Assembly (NCBI GenBank): GCA_963674745.2
Contig: CAXXDV010000003.1
Span: forward strand, 1,888,001 to 1,952,000
Length of the DNA stretch: 64,000 nt
Direction: 5' to 3'
DNA from: Desulfosudaceae bacterium
Lineage (GTDB): Bacteria; Desulfobacterota; Desulfobacteria; Desulfobacterales; Desulfosudaceae
The translations under genes were made by a program, and so were the position numbers. Positions 1 to 10,100 of this stretch are shown one piece after another (position 1 is the stretch's first letter; each line of letters begins with the position of its first letter). The notes under the pieces are model-generated. The model was given only the letters and a program-made list of their open reading frames with translations, was not told the DNA's origin and searched no databases.

Positions 1-123
1 TTCTTCCGTGTTGAGCATGGCGTAATGGGCGACATTACGCCGTACAATCGCTTCCCAGGCGGAAGGGAAGGGTTTCGCCGTCAGCTTTTTCCGTCGCCGA
101 TTGGCCAGCCAGGCAAACATGGA

Positions 124-2172
124 TCATTTTTCCATACAAAGGACGATGGCCGTCCGTGTGGGCAGATAAAGGCTCAGCGCGTTTCGGTTACCATCGTTGG
201 AATCGATCGGCAACGTAAAGTACGCCTGGTCCGGTGCCAGGCGATCATGCCCGCCATAACGCCGGCTGTCGCTGTCTAAAACCAGACGGTATTTCCCGGT
301 TGGCGCGGGTACAGGGTAGTCGACATGAGACACGGTGGGATGAAAGTTAAATACAAACAATAAACCATTGCGCATGAATGCGATTATCTTGTCTTCATTA
401 TGCTCGGTCAGAAGATACGGCCAGGGATCGGCAAAGAGAGAGGCTTTCTTCGCCAGGTTGATCATAGCCCGGTCAAACTGTTGTAAAAAACCGTACTTCA
501 GGTCGGGGTTATCCACCAGTGACCATTGCCGCCGGGCATGATGATAGGACCAGCCGTTTCCAGCCCGGGGGAAATCGATCCATTCCGGGTGCCCGAACTC
601 ATTGCCGATGAAATTCAGGTAGCCGTGACCGGCAGTCGCCAGTGTTATCAGGCGTATCATTTTATGCAGGGCCATGGCCCGATCAATGACAAGGCTGGTA
701 TCGTTAACGTGCATCTGATCATACATGGCCGCGTCCGCCAGCCTGAACATCAGCGTTTTATCCCCGACCAGTGCCTGATCATGGGATTCGGCATAATTGA
801 TCGATCCTTCACCGGCGCGGCGATTATTTAGCTCATGCCACAGTGTTCCCATGGGCCAGTCTTCATCGCGGTACTCCTTGGTCAGTTTTATCCAGAAGTC
901 CGGAACCCCCATGGCCAGCCGAAAATCAAAACCGCAGCCGCCTCCTGACAACGGCACAGCCAGGCCGGGCATACCGCTGATATCTTCGGCAATGGTGACG
1001 GCATCCGGGCGCACTTCATGAATAACGGTATTGGCCAGTGCCAGGTAAGTCAGGGCATCTTCATCCACATTGGAATTAAAATAATCATCATACGAGGTAA
1101 ATGCTTTTTCCAGACCATGATCCAGATAAAGCATGCTGGTGATACCGTCAAAACGAAATCCGTCAAACCCGTATTCCTCCAGCCAGAAGCGACAATTGGA
1201 CAACAGAAACCGCAACACCGGCAGCTTGCCGTAATCAAAACAGCGGGAATCCCAGGCATGATGCATGCCCCGGGGATCGTCATGAAAGTACTGATAGCGG
1301 GTGCCGTCAAACCGGCTAAGCCCCTCTACTTCATTGTTGACGGCATGAGAATGGACAAGGTCCATGATAACCGACAATCCGGCGCCGTGAGCGGTGTCGA
1401 TCAGATGTTTCAATTCTTCCGGGGTCCCGAAACGGGAGGATACGGCAAAAAAACTGGAAACATGATAACCGAAGGAGCCATAGTATGGATGTTCCTGTAC
1501 GGCCATCAGTTGCATGACGTTGTATCCGGAGGCGGCAATACGGGGAATCACTTTTTCGGTAAACTCAGAAAAGGAACCCACCCGCCCCTCTTCCTGGGCC
1601 ATGCCCACATGGGCCTCATAAATTAAAGTCTGCCCCCCCTGCTTGTCCGGACGATCATACTGCCATTGATAATCCGGCCGGTGCCACACCTGGGCGTTAA
1701 AAATCAAGGTCTCCGGGTCCTGAACAACGCGTCTGGCATAAACGGGAATCCGGTCGCCACCACCGCCGGGCCAGGCCATATAAAGCCGGTAATAATCACC
1801 ATGGGCAAGCGCATCGGCCGGCAGATGAAGCTCCCAGAGACCTTCATTGCCTCTTTTTTGCAGCTCGAAGTTCTTTTTCCGCTGCCAGGCGGTCATGTTC
1901 CCGATCAGCCATATGGATTCGGCATTGGGCGCCCATTCCCTGAATACCCATTCATTGTTTTTAAAATGCAGGCCGAAATAATTATGACTGTCGGCAATAT
2001 CGGATAATCGCGATCCGCTTTGCCCGATAAGACGACCGGCCACTTCATCAAGGTTCGACAGGCGATTTTCCAGGGCCCGGGCATAAGGGGCCAGGTAAGC
2101 GTCACCATCAACCAGCGACTTCACCATGGCTTGGACAGACCGTCTGTGATTACCGTCAGGTGTATTTGACAT
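124..2172 (-). CDS. glgB: 1,4-alpha-glucan branching enzyme (GH13)
   Basis: 682 aa; FREWAPNA, IYEAHVG, YYGSFGYHV, GFRFDG, AED and YAESHDQ motifs. Confidence 0.95.
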   Translation of the reverse strand: MSNTPDGNHRRSVQAMVKSLVDGDAYLAPYARALENRLSNLDEVAGRLIGQSGSRLSDIADSHNYFGLHFKNNEWVFREWAPNAESIWLIGNMTAWQRKKNFELQKRGNEGLWELHLPADALAHGDYYRLYMAWPGGGGDRIPVYARRVVQDPETLIFNAQVWHRPDYQWQYDRPDKQGGQTLIYEAHVGMAQEEGRVGSFSEFTEKVIPRIAASGYNVMQLMAVQEHPYYGSFGYHVSSFFAVSSRFGTPEELKHLIDTAHGAGLSVIMDLVHSHAVNNEVEGLSRFDGTRYQYFHDDPRGMHHAWDSRCFDYGKLPVLRFLLSNCRFWLEEYGFDGFRFDGITSMLYLDHGLEKAFTSYDDYFNSNVDEDALTYLALANTVIHEVRPDAVTIAEDISGMPGLAVPLSGGGCGFDFRLAMGVPDFWIKLTKEYRDEDWPMGTLWHELNNRRAGEGSINYAESHDQALVGDKTLMFRLADAAMYDQMHVNDTSLVIDRAMALHKMIRLITLATAGHGYLNFIGNEFGHPEWIDFPRAGNGWSYHHARRQWSLVDNPDLKYGFLQQFDRAMINLAKKASLFADPWPYLLTEHNEDKIIAFMRNGLLFVFNFHPTVSHVDYPVPAPTGKYRLVLDSDSRRYGGHDRLAPDQAYFTLPIDSNDGNRNALSLYLPTRTAIVLCMEK

Positions 2173-2184
2173 GATAATATTTCG

Positions 2185-3702
2185 TCAGGGATTGATAAAT
2201 GGCCGTTTGAGCATTTTTTCATAAAGGTCGATATAGTGCTGCGCGGTGACTGAATGGTTAAAAGCGGCCATGCTTTCGGTCATAATCCGGGAGATGATGT
2301 CTTTTTTCGTCTTCTGGGGAAGATGAAAAAAATGGATGGCCTGATCGATCGCCCACATCAATCCACCGCTGTCGTGTATATTGAACAAAAAGCCGTTACC
2401 GGTATCACGCTTTATATCCAGTGCCTCGACTGTATCATGAATACCGCCGGTGTCATGGGCGATGGGAAGGGCGCCGTACATGGGGGCGATCATCTGGGGC
2501 AGGCCGCAGGGTTCAAAAGCCGAAGGCATCAACATGAAATCAGCGGCACCGTAAGCCAGCCGGGCCAGCTGCTCATCAAAATCACAGACCGCAACTCGAT
2601 TTCCCAGGTTGAAATGCGAAACGGTCTGTCTCAGGTAGGGCTGGAACTCTCCGTTGGCCACAAACACGATCTGCATGGGCTGTTCCCAGTATTTGGAAAC
2701 AACCTCGTAAAGAACATGGGTCATCAGGGAACTGCCCTTTTGAATCCGGTCCAGCCGTGAGGGCCAGAAGAAAAGCGGGGCATGCGGATTTTCAATCAGC
2801 CCCAGCTGCTGTTGCAGGTGTTGCTTGTTCTTTTTCTTGCCTTTGACATGGGTCCGGGCGTCATAGGTGCAGGCCAGATCCGGGTCACGGGATGGGTCAA
2901 ACGAAGGGTCCGGGCTGTTTAATATACCGGCGGCACAACCGGCATACCATTTACTGGCCAGCTCCTGCTGAATGGAAGGTTCCACGAACGGATGACGGCC
3001 ATTAACGATTTCAGACAGAAACGTCGGACTGACGGTATTGACAAAATGAGCCGCAAAAATACCACTGGTAAGAAAATCCACCGGATTATTGTCCCGGCTT
3101 TCTTCGTAATTCTGGGGCGGCCGGGAGAAAAACAGATGATTCCAGAAGGATGCGGCGTCAATACCCCGATCTTCAATCTCAGCCATGGTCCGTTTAACGG
3201 TAAAAATATTATGTATCGTAAACAGGCAGGGAATCTCCAGCGCCCGGGCCATGGCCGGTATCAGCCCGGTCATCCAGTCGTTGCAGTGGATCAGATCCGG
3301 TTTCACAATCGGAACAATATTGTTGATCACCTCACGCTGAAAGGCCAGGGCTATCTTTATATTTTCCCAGGAATAACTTGAATAAACCGCGTCCATGTAA
3401 AAAAAGGCCCTGTCCCGGGCCAGGTGAATGCGGTCTTCGGGCATCTTGTTCCTGATATGCTTGTATTCCTTGATCAACACCGGGTCGGCATTACCATCAA
3501 AAATAGTGCGGTAATCCGGCATGGCCACATGCACGTCACCACCATGTTTGAACAGCGCGCTGATCAGCGCCGCCGAGACATCGGCCAGGCCTCCGGCCTT
3601 GGCGGCCAGGTTATTGGCAATGTTACCCATGCCTTCCGGAAGATAGGTCACTTCCGGTGTAACCACCAGCACCCGCGGTTTCTTATCGGACTTATCCGGC
3701 AT
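2185..3702 (-). CDS. glgA: glycogen/starch synthase (GT5)
   Basis: 505 aa; KAGGLADV, HCNDW, FTIHN and PSAFEPCGL motifs. Confidence 0.92.
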   Translation of the reverse strand: MPDKSDKKPRVLVVTPEVTYLPEGMGNIANNLAAKAGGLADVSAALISALFKHGGDVHVAMPDYRTIFDGNADPVLIKEYKHIRNKMPEDRIHLARDRAFFYMDAVYSSYSWENIKIALAFQREVINNIVPIVKPDLIHCNDWMTGLIPAMARALEIPCLFTIHNIFTVKRTMAEIEDRGIDAASFWNHLFFSRPPQNYEESRDNNPVDFLTSGIFAAHFVNTVSPTFLSEIVNGRHPFVEPSIQQELASKWYAGCAAGILNSPDPSFDPSRDPDLACTYDARTHVKGKKKNKQHLQQQLGLIENPHAPLFFWPSRLDRIQKGSSLMTHVLYEVVSKYWEQPMQIVFVANGEFQPYLRQTVSHFNLGNRVAVCDFDEQLARLAYGAADFMLMPSAFEPCGLPQMIAPMYGALPIAHDTGGIHDTVEALDIKRDTGNGFLFNIHDSGGLMWAIDQAIHFFHLPQKTKKDIISRIMTESMAAFNHSVTAQHYIDLYEKMLKRPFINP

Positions 3703-3829
3703 TAAAAAAATCCCCTCCTCAACAACTTAAACCCCAAGCTGATAACCACCTGAAGCCCTAAAACCCATGTCTCAACCCCTGAGCCCTGCCCCGCATTGCG
3801 GCCTCGCCACACCTCAAACCCCGGCCACA

Positions 3830-3907
3830 TAATCACTTAAACACTTAATCACCTAACCACCAGGGACCTAAAACCTTAACACCCTGAAACGTAAAACCTT
3901 GAACATT
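3830..3907. repeat. degenerate 8-bp tandem repeat (TAAYCACH / TAAAACCT type)
   Basis: taatcact-taaacact-taatcacc-taaccacc then taaaacct-type units between glgP and glgA; same unit as 11869-11980. Confidence 0.7.
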
Positions 3908-3972
3908 TGACTGGAGATCGACCAAAAACCGACACATGGATTTTTGAAAGAAATCCGGGCAGAAAAGAAAAA

Positions 3973-6528
3973 TCACGCCCAGGTCATCAAACCGGGTGTA
4001 TAACGAATATAATCATCCCCCCGGGGCGTTACCCTGACCGTAAAACCGAAACGGCCCGGCAGGTGGCAAGGCAGATCACACGCATACTTATAGTTCCCGT
4101 TTCCCTGATCTTCTTCAACCGTCATCGGCTCAACACGGCCATTGGCAATCTGCTCGACCGATCTGACCGCACCATAATATAGCTCTACATTCACATCTTC
4201 AGGTTTAAGGTTTCCCAGCTGGACGGTTGTTTCTATTTTAAAAGACTGCCCGACCCTGAAGGGGCCGTTCATTTTCCGCTTGGGCTGTTCGATTGAAATA
4301 TGCTGCCAGTGATTGCGCAGTCGCTCGTGAAAATCTCTCAGGTTCACCGCCACGGCGGCCTTGTCCCGTGTCAATTCCTCGTAACGGTTTCTGGCCGGCA
4401 TATAAAACATGCTGTTATAAGCATCAACCATATGGTGAGCGCAAAAACGTATCATGGCCATTTTCATGGAGGCTTTCATCCGTTTGAGCCACTGAACCGG
4501 CAAGCCGCCGCCTTCCCGCTCATAAAAACAGGGGATGACATCGTTTTCCAGTATATTATACAGCGCCTGGCTTTCCACGGCATCCTGATAATTGTGGTCA
4601 CCGTATTCTTCGCCATCGCCGATGGCCCAGCCGGTTTCCGGTGAATACCCCTCAACCCACCAGCCATCCAGAACACTGAAATTCAACACACCGTTGGCCG
4701 CGGCTTTCATGCCGGAAGTACCGCAGGCCTCGAACGGCCGTCGGGGTGTATTCAACCAGACATCCGCCCCCTGAACCAGGTGCCGGGCGATATTGATGTC
4801 ATAATCTTCCAGAAAGATCACCCGATGGCGGAATTCAGGATGTTTCGCGATTTTGACGATCTGTTGAATCAAGGCTTTTCCTTCGTCATCCCGGGGATGC
4901 GCCTTGCCGGAAAAGATGAACTGAACCGGATGTTCCCTGGATCTTAACATCGCCTCCAGACGCTCCATGTCCCTCAGCAACAGTGTCGCCCGTTTATAGG
5001 TCGCAAACCGCCTGGCAAAGGCAATGGTCAGCACGCCCTGGTCCAGCACCGACTCCGCCTCTTTCATGACGGATTTTGGTGCGTTACGACGACCGTACTG
5101 CATGACCATCAATCTCCGGCAGGAACGGATCAGACGGGTCCGGCTCATCTCATGGGCCCGCCACAGCTCTTCATCATAAATATCGTCAATACGTTCGAAA
5201 AGATCATTATCGTGCGAGCCTGAAGACCACTCCGGACCAAGATATCGCTCAAAAAGCTGGCTGTTCTCTATGGAGATCCAGGACGGGATATGAGCGCCGT
5301 TGGTAATATGAGAAATAGGAATTTCCTGTTCCGGCCATCTGGGCCAGACATGGGCCCACATGCGTCGGGCCACACTGCCATGCAGGGCACTGACCCCGTT
5401 CCGATACTGGGCCAGGTGCAATCCCAGGACAAACATGGAAAAGGGACTGTCCGTCGAAGTGTTGTCAATCTGGCCCCATCCCAGCAACGATTCAGCGGAA
5501 ATCCCAAACGCCTTTACATACGGCGCCAGGTAAGGTCTGACAGTATCCGGTGGAAATTCGTCGTGACCCGCCGGAACCGGTGTGTGGGTGGTGAATATGG
5601 TTGTCCTGGCATTAATCTCTATTGCGGTTTTTAAATCCACCTGATGCTGAGCCATAATCTGCCTCAAGCGCTCAAGCGTGGCAAACGAACAATGCCCCTC
5701 GTTCATGTGGCACACTTTGGGATTAATGCCCAGCGTTTCCATCAGCAGCATGCCGCCGATACCGAGGATGACTTCCTGGGCCAGACGGACCTTGCCGGTG
5801 GAACGGTAGAGACGGGAATTAATATCCCGGATTTCCTGGTGATTCTCCTGCAGATTCGTGTCGAGCAGATAAAGCGGCACGCGCCCGACTTTCAACCGCC
5901 AGGCTACCAGTTTAATTTCCCCATCCGGACCGGGAATGGACAGTTTTACCTCGTTTCCATTTTTGTCCAGAACCCGTCTCATGGGGAGATGAAAAATATC
6001 GATATCAGGATAACTCTCCTGCTGCCAACCTTCATGATTCAAAAACTGATGAAAATAACCACTGCGATAAAACAGGCCGATACCGATAATGGGCAATTTC
6101 ATGTCGGAGGCGGCTTTCAAATGGTCCCCCGCCAGGATGCCGAGCCCGCCGGCAAACTGCGGCAGGCTTTCGTGAATGCCGAATTCCATGGAAAAATAAG
6201 CGACAGCGTCTTTCTCCAGTCGCTGCTCATCGCTCATCGACGCATCCACCGGATCCAGCACATGCTTTTGAAACAGTTCCTGAACGCTTTCCAGATGGGC
6301 CAGGAAACCTTCGTCTTCGGAAAGCTCACGCAATCGTTCCGGTGTAATCATGGTGGAAAATACAATGGGATTACGACCGGAGGCATCCCATAGCCTGGGG
6401 TCGATGCGTCGAAAAAGATCGATGGCATCCATGTTCCAGCACCACCAGAGGTTTCTGGCCAGGACCTCAAGAAACTTCAACGACCGGGGTACATCAGGAA
6501 ATACTTGAAACGTCTGCAAAAAGGTCAT
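3973..6528 (-). CDS. glgP: alpha-glucan (glycogen) phosphorylase
   Basis: 851 aa; YFSMEFG, GGLGILAGD, ARRFATYKR and EACGTSGMK (PLP lysine). Confidence 0.96.
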   Translation of the reverse strand: MTFLQTFQVFPDVPRSLKFLEVLARNLWWCWNMDAIDLFRRIDPRLWDASGRNPIVFSTMITPERLRELSEDEGFLAHLESVQELFQKHVLDPVDASMSDEQRLEKDAVAYFSMEFGIHESLPQFAGGLGILAGDHLKAASDMKLPIIGIGLFYRSGYFHQFLNHEGWQQESYPDIDIFHLPMRRVLDKNGNEVKLSIPGPDGEIKLVAWRLKVGRVPLYLLDTNLQENHQEIRDINSRLYRSTGKVRLAQEVILGIGGMLLMETLGINPKVCHMNEGHCSFATLERLRQIMAQHQVDLKTAIEINARTTIFTTHTPVPAGHDEFPPDTVRPYLAPYVKAFGISAESLLGWGQIDNTSTDSPFSMFVLGLHLAQYRNGVSALHGSVARRMWAHVWPRWPEQEIPISHITNGAHIPSWISIENSQLFERYLGPEWSSGSHDNDLFERIDDIYDEELWRAHEMSRTRLIRSCRRLMVMQYGRRNAPKSVMKEAESVLDQGVLTIAFARRFATYKRATLLLRDMERLEAMLRSREHPVQFIFSGKAHPRDDEGKALIQQIVKIAKHPEFRHRVIFLEDYDINIARHLVQGADVWLNTPRRPFEACGTSGMKAAANGVLNFSVLDGWWVEGYSPETGWAIGDGEEYGDHNYQDAVESQALYNILENDVIPCFYEREGGGLPVQWLKRMKASMKMAMIRFCAHHMVDAYNSMFYMPARNRYEELTRDKAAVAVNLRDFHERLRNHWQHISIEQPKRKMNGPFRVGQSFKIETTVQLGNLKPEDVNVELYYGAVRSVEQIANGRVEPMTVEEDQGNGNYKYACDLPCHLPGRFGFTVRVTPRGDDYIRYTPGLMTWA

Positions 6529-6552
6529 AATCTCACTTCCTAAAAAAACATT

Positions 6553-6861
6553 TTAGACAATAATAACGGAATTTTCGCAATTCCCGTACTCACTTCGAAC
6601 ATATTTATCAGCTTCCCAGTCATTTTCCCATATTTTTTCATCCATCAGGTAACGAAATTGATATTCCCGGTTTGGTTCCAGATCAATGGTAACGGTAAAC
6701 TCACCACTTTTTAAAGGTTTCATGGGAGTATCCATGATACTCCAGTTATTAAAGTCCCCAACGATATTGATGGCATTGGCTCCATTTGACTCTTTTTCAG
6801 AAACCCTGAACGTTACCTTACATACCTGGTTTTTTTTAACGTACTTTTTCTTAAAGCTCAT
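6553..6861 (-). CDS. stand-alone CBM48 / isoamylase early-set glycogen-binding protein
   Basis: 102 aa; IVGDFNNW, YQFRYL and WEND motifs; GGAGG RBS. Confidence 0.88.
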   Translation of the reverse strand: MSFKKKYVKKNQVCKVTFRVSEKESNGANAINIVGDFNNWSIMDTPMKPLKSGEFTVTIDLEPNREYQFRYLMDEKIWENDWEADKYVRSEYGNCENSVIIV

Positions 6862-6945
6862 AACGCCCTCCTCCAGAAAGATGATTATTAATGTGCACCT
6901 TTTTCAACAGCACCGGTTTGCGCTCCGTTGGCCTTAACATGTATA

Positions 6946-6961
6946 TGCAAATATGATGCCA
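6946..6961 (-). promoter_or_regulatory. sigma54 (-24/-12) promoter for CBM48-glgP-glgA-glgB
   Basis: minus strand TGGCAT-CATAT-TTGCA matches TGGCAC-N5-TTGC, ~85 bp upstream of the CBM48 start. Confidence 0.7.
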
Positions 6962-7053
6962 CTACGCCCCACCCACATTAATAATTTTAATAAACAATAA
7001 CAAACGGTTATAAACAATAAGCGGTTTTCGAGCCGTTCGTCACCTGATGCCTG

Positions 7054-7114
7054 CTGGAATATTTTACAGCATGTCGAAACCGGTTTCACCGGACTGAAGG
7101 GGAAAATATTATCC
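7054..7114. promoter_or_regulatory. candidate enhancer-binding-protein sites
   Basis: imperfect palindromes CTGGAATATTTTACAG (7054-7069) and GGAAAATATTATCC (7101-7114), 90-150 bp upstream of the sigma54 site. Confidence 0.4.
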
Positions 7115-7179
7115 GATCATTATTAAGAAATCGTTAGGGAGAGTATAACAGTATATTAAATTTTTTCAAGAGTAATGAA

Positions 7180-10100
7180 TCATGTTTTTTTTAACTGTTC
7201 CCAGACCCGGCACCACTCACTCAAACCCCAGGCCTGGGCGTCACATCCCCTTGGTGTATGCGGAAAATCACCGTCGAGGATTTCAGGCAAATGACCGGTA
7301 CAGCCGTGAGCCATCAGGTCCACACTGGCGGCCAGCATAGAACGGGCGGTCTGTTTTCCCCGGGTACCATAGATCATGGCCCAGGCTTCACAGTAGAGCG
7401 GATACATCCAGGTCCAGGCCGTGCCGTTATGATAAGCGGGTTTCCGGCTGGTGTCCTCGTCTCCAAGGTATTTTCCCTGATAGGGCTGGTGAGGATTGTT
7501 GAGCACGCGCCCATTATGCATAATGGTTAACGGATATTTGACCGGTCTGTTCGCCAGGCTCCGAATAGCCCCGGGAACCAGAAGCATATTGCAGGCGTCC
7601 AGGACGGCCCTGCCGATTGTCTTATCGGACACGGCACCCAGCGTGACGGCCAGCAGCTGATTAGGCCGAAGGGCGTCGTCCGTCGTGGCCTGCAGAGCGG
7701 ATTGTCCCGGTTCGGCATGAAGACAATCCGCCAGATATCCATTTTCCAGTATAAACAAAGATGCGATAGACGCCCGGACCCGTTCCGCCATTTCGCGCCA
7801 CTGCCCCCCCTCGCCGCGTTCCATCCCGGACAGCAGGTTCAGGGCCGCATACCACAGGGCCTGAATCTCGATGCAATAGCCCTGGCGGGGCGTACAGGCC
7901 GGATGGTCAGTATCCATCCAGGTAAAATGTCCGGGGCTGAAAACCAGCCCGGAGGCCTTGTCCACGCGAATATGATTGTAGGTTCCCTGAATGTATGAGG
8001 CCGCAATGGATATCAGAATTTCCCTGATCGTTCTATCACCGCATTTTTCATGAAGAAAGGCGGCTGACTGCTCTAACCGGATCATGTCCGCGCAGGCCGT
8101 AAAAAACCATAACGGGGCGTCGGACGTATCCCGGTTCCGGGCATCGTCACCCACGATCATGTTCGGCAGGGTACCGTCCTTTTCAAAACGGCCGAACTGC
8201 TTTATCACCTTTCGCGCTTCGGTGGTCAATCCTGCCGCGATTAACCCCCTTACGGCGATCAGCGAATCCCGGCCCCAGTCCAGAAACCAGGGGTATCCGG
8301 CAATGACGGATTTAAGGTCACCGCGGTCGACGACATACTTCAACAGGTTGGCATGCAGGACGGCGGTCAACCCCGCCTCTTCGGCCGGTTCCTGAACAGC
8401 GGATGCCGATTCGAAAAACCGCTCTTTTATGTAAACCGGCGCTTCTGTTTCGTTGACAACGGCATCCAGATGAATCGTCTGCCCGCCTTTTAAAAATATG
8501 GAAAAATATCCGGGGCTGAAAAGATCAGAAGCGGCCTCCATGCCGCGTTCGGCTTCAAGCGGACGATGCACCATATACAACCATTCCGGCTCCCGGACAA
8601 ATCTGCCGGAACTCACGGCCAGTCGAAGCCGTCGGGAGGGGTCGGGTGAAAAAACAAAAGCGGCCGGTTCCTGCACAACGGCCTGGGGCCAGGCATATTC
8701 AGGGCCGGTATAGGCCTTGGTTAAAAAATGAAAATTCCTGTCTTCGATGTCCGGCCTGAGAATCAGCTGGACATCAAGATCGTCGTCCAGCCCCCGGGTG
8801 GTTCCATCCATGGGTTTTCTAAAAAAACTGATCCGGACGGCATTTTGATTCTGCGCCATGCAAATGCCGGCCATCAGATCGATCCACTCCCCCTGCCCGG
8901 TCGGTATCTGATAATGCCAGACGCCGTATCCATCTTCGACCCGGAACGCATCCAGACAATCAAAACAGATTTCCTGGGAAAACCCCTGGTATACCGTCCA
9001 GGCCCGGCACCTGGTAAACATAATCCAGCGATCTTCGGGAAATAGGGGATTCAGGTTCGCCGCCAGCAAGGCGTCATATTTGCTGTCAAGTTCGCCCCAC
9101 AGGACGTTGGCCCGCAGCATTCCGCCCACATGATTGGTGTCCAGCAGCAGCGGGGAAAACCGACTCACATCATTGCGGCTATATTCAGACTTGAGATTGA
9201 TATGATCCGGATCAGGCAAAAAGTATAGCGGCGCCCGGTGATGGCCTGACGCGCCATCATTGTAAGAAACCAGTTCCAGCGTCAGATGGCAGCCGGCAGC
9301 AGGCATGTCGGGGGGTAAAAATAAAATAAAAGAGCCGCCGTCGGCAGCCGGCAGGCTTTCCTCGCTGATGATCACCCGGTCATTGCCATCGGAAATATCA
9401 ACAATCAAAGCACGAAAAAACATGGGCGTGCGCACCATCAGAAAATGCCCGCGCGGAATCATGACTTCACGTTTTAAATCATGGGGCCAATGCCAGGTAA
9501 TGACACGACTTTCTTCATCGGCAGAGGCAAAAGAGCGGCAGAAGTCGACGGGATCGTCCCGGAACCGGCCGGCCGCGCCCTCAACATCAAAACCATCAAC
9601 GTCAACCGTTCCATGGTAATGGCAGAAAACCGCCATGGCCTTGGCCCGCAGGCGCTGCCGCAACAGTCGATCGGGCAGCATCAGGCGATCTTCGGAAACG
9701 TTAAACAGATCAAGGTCTGCCCTGTCTGTTGACAGGCAGTAAACCTGGCCTGGCGCCAGATCGCAGCCGGCGGTATTATCAACCGGGCTGGCCGTCATTT
9801 CGCGGCCGGTTAACAGATCAATATAATCAAACCGGTTTATATCGGGAGGCACGATCCAGGATGCGCGACCCGGCTGTTCATCATCGAGGTTAATCACAAT
9901 GATAAGTTTTTTCCCGGTCGGCTGATGATGTCTGAGCAGAACAAGATGATTTCCCTCACCGGTTTGAATCATCCGCAATAAGACGGCATCAAAGAAACAG
10001 GGATGGTTTTTAAGCAGGACCGTCAACCGGCGGATGAAATCCACCTGGTTTTCCGGCGCACCCCAATTTAACGAGGGTGATTCATGAACATCAATTTTTT

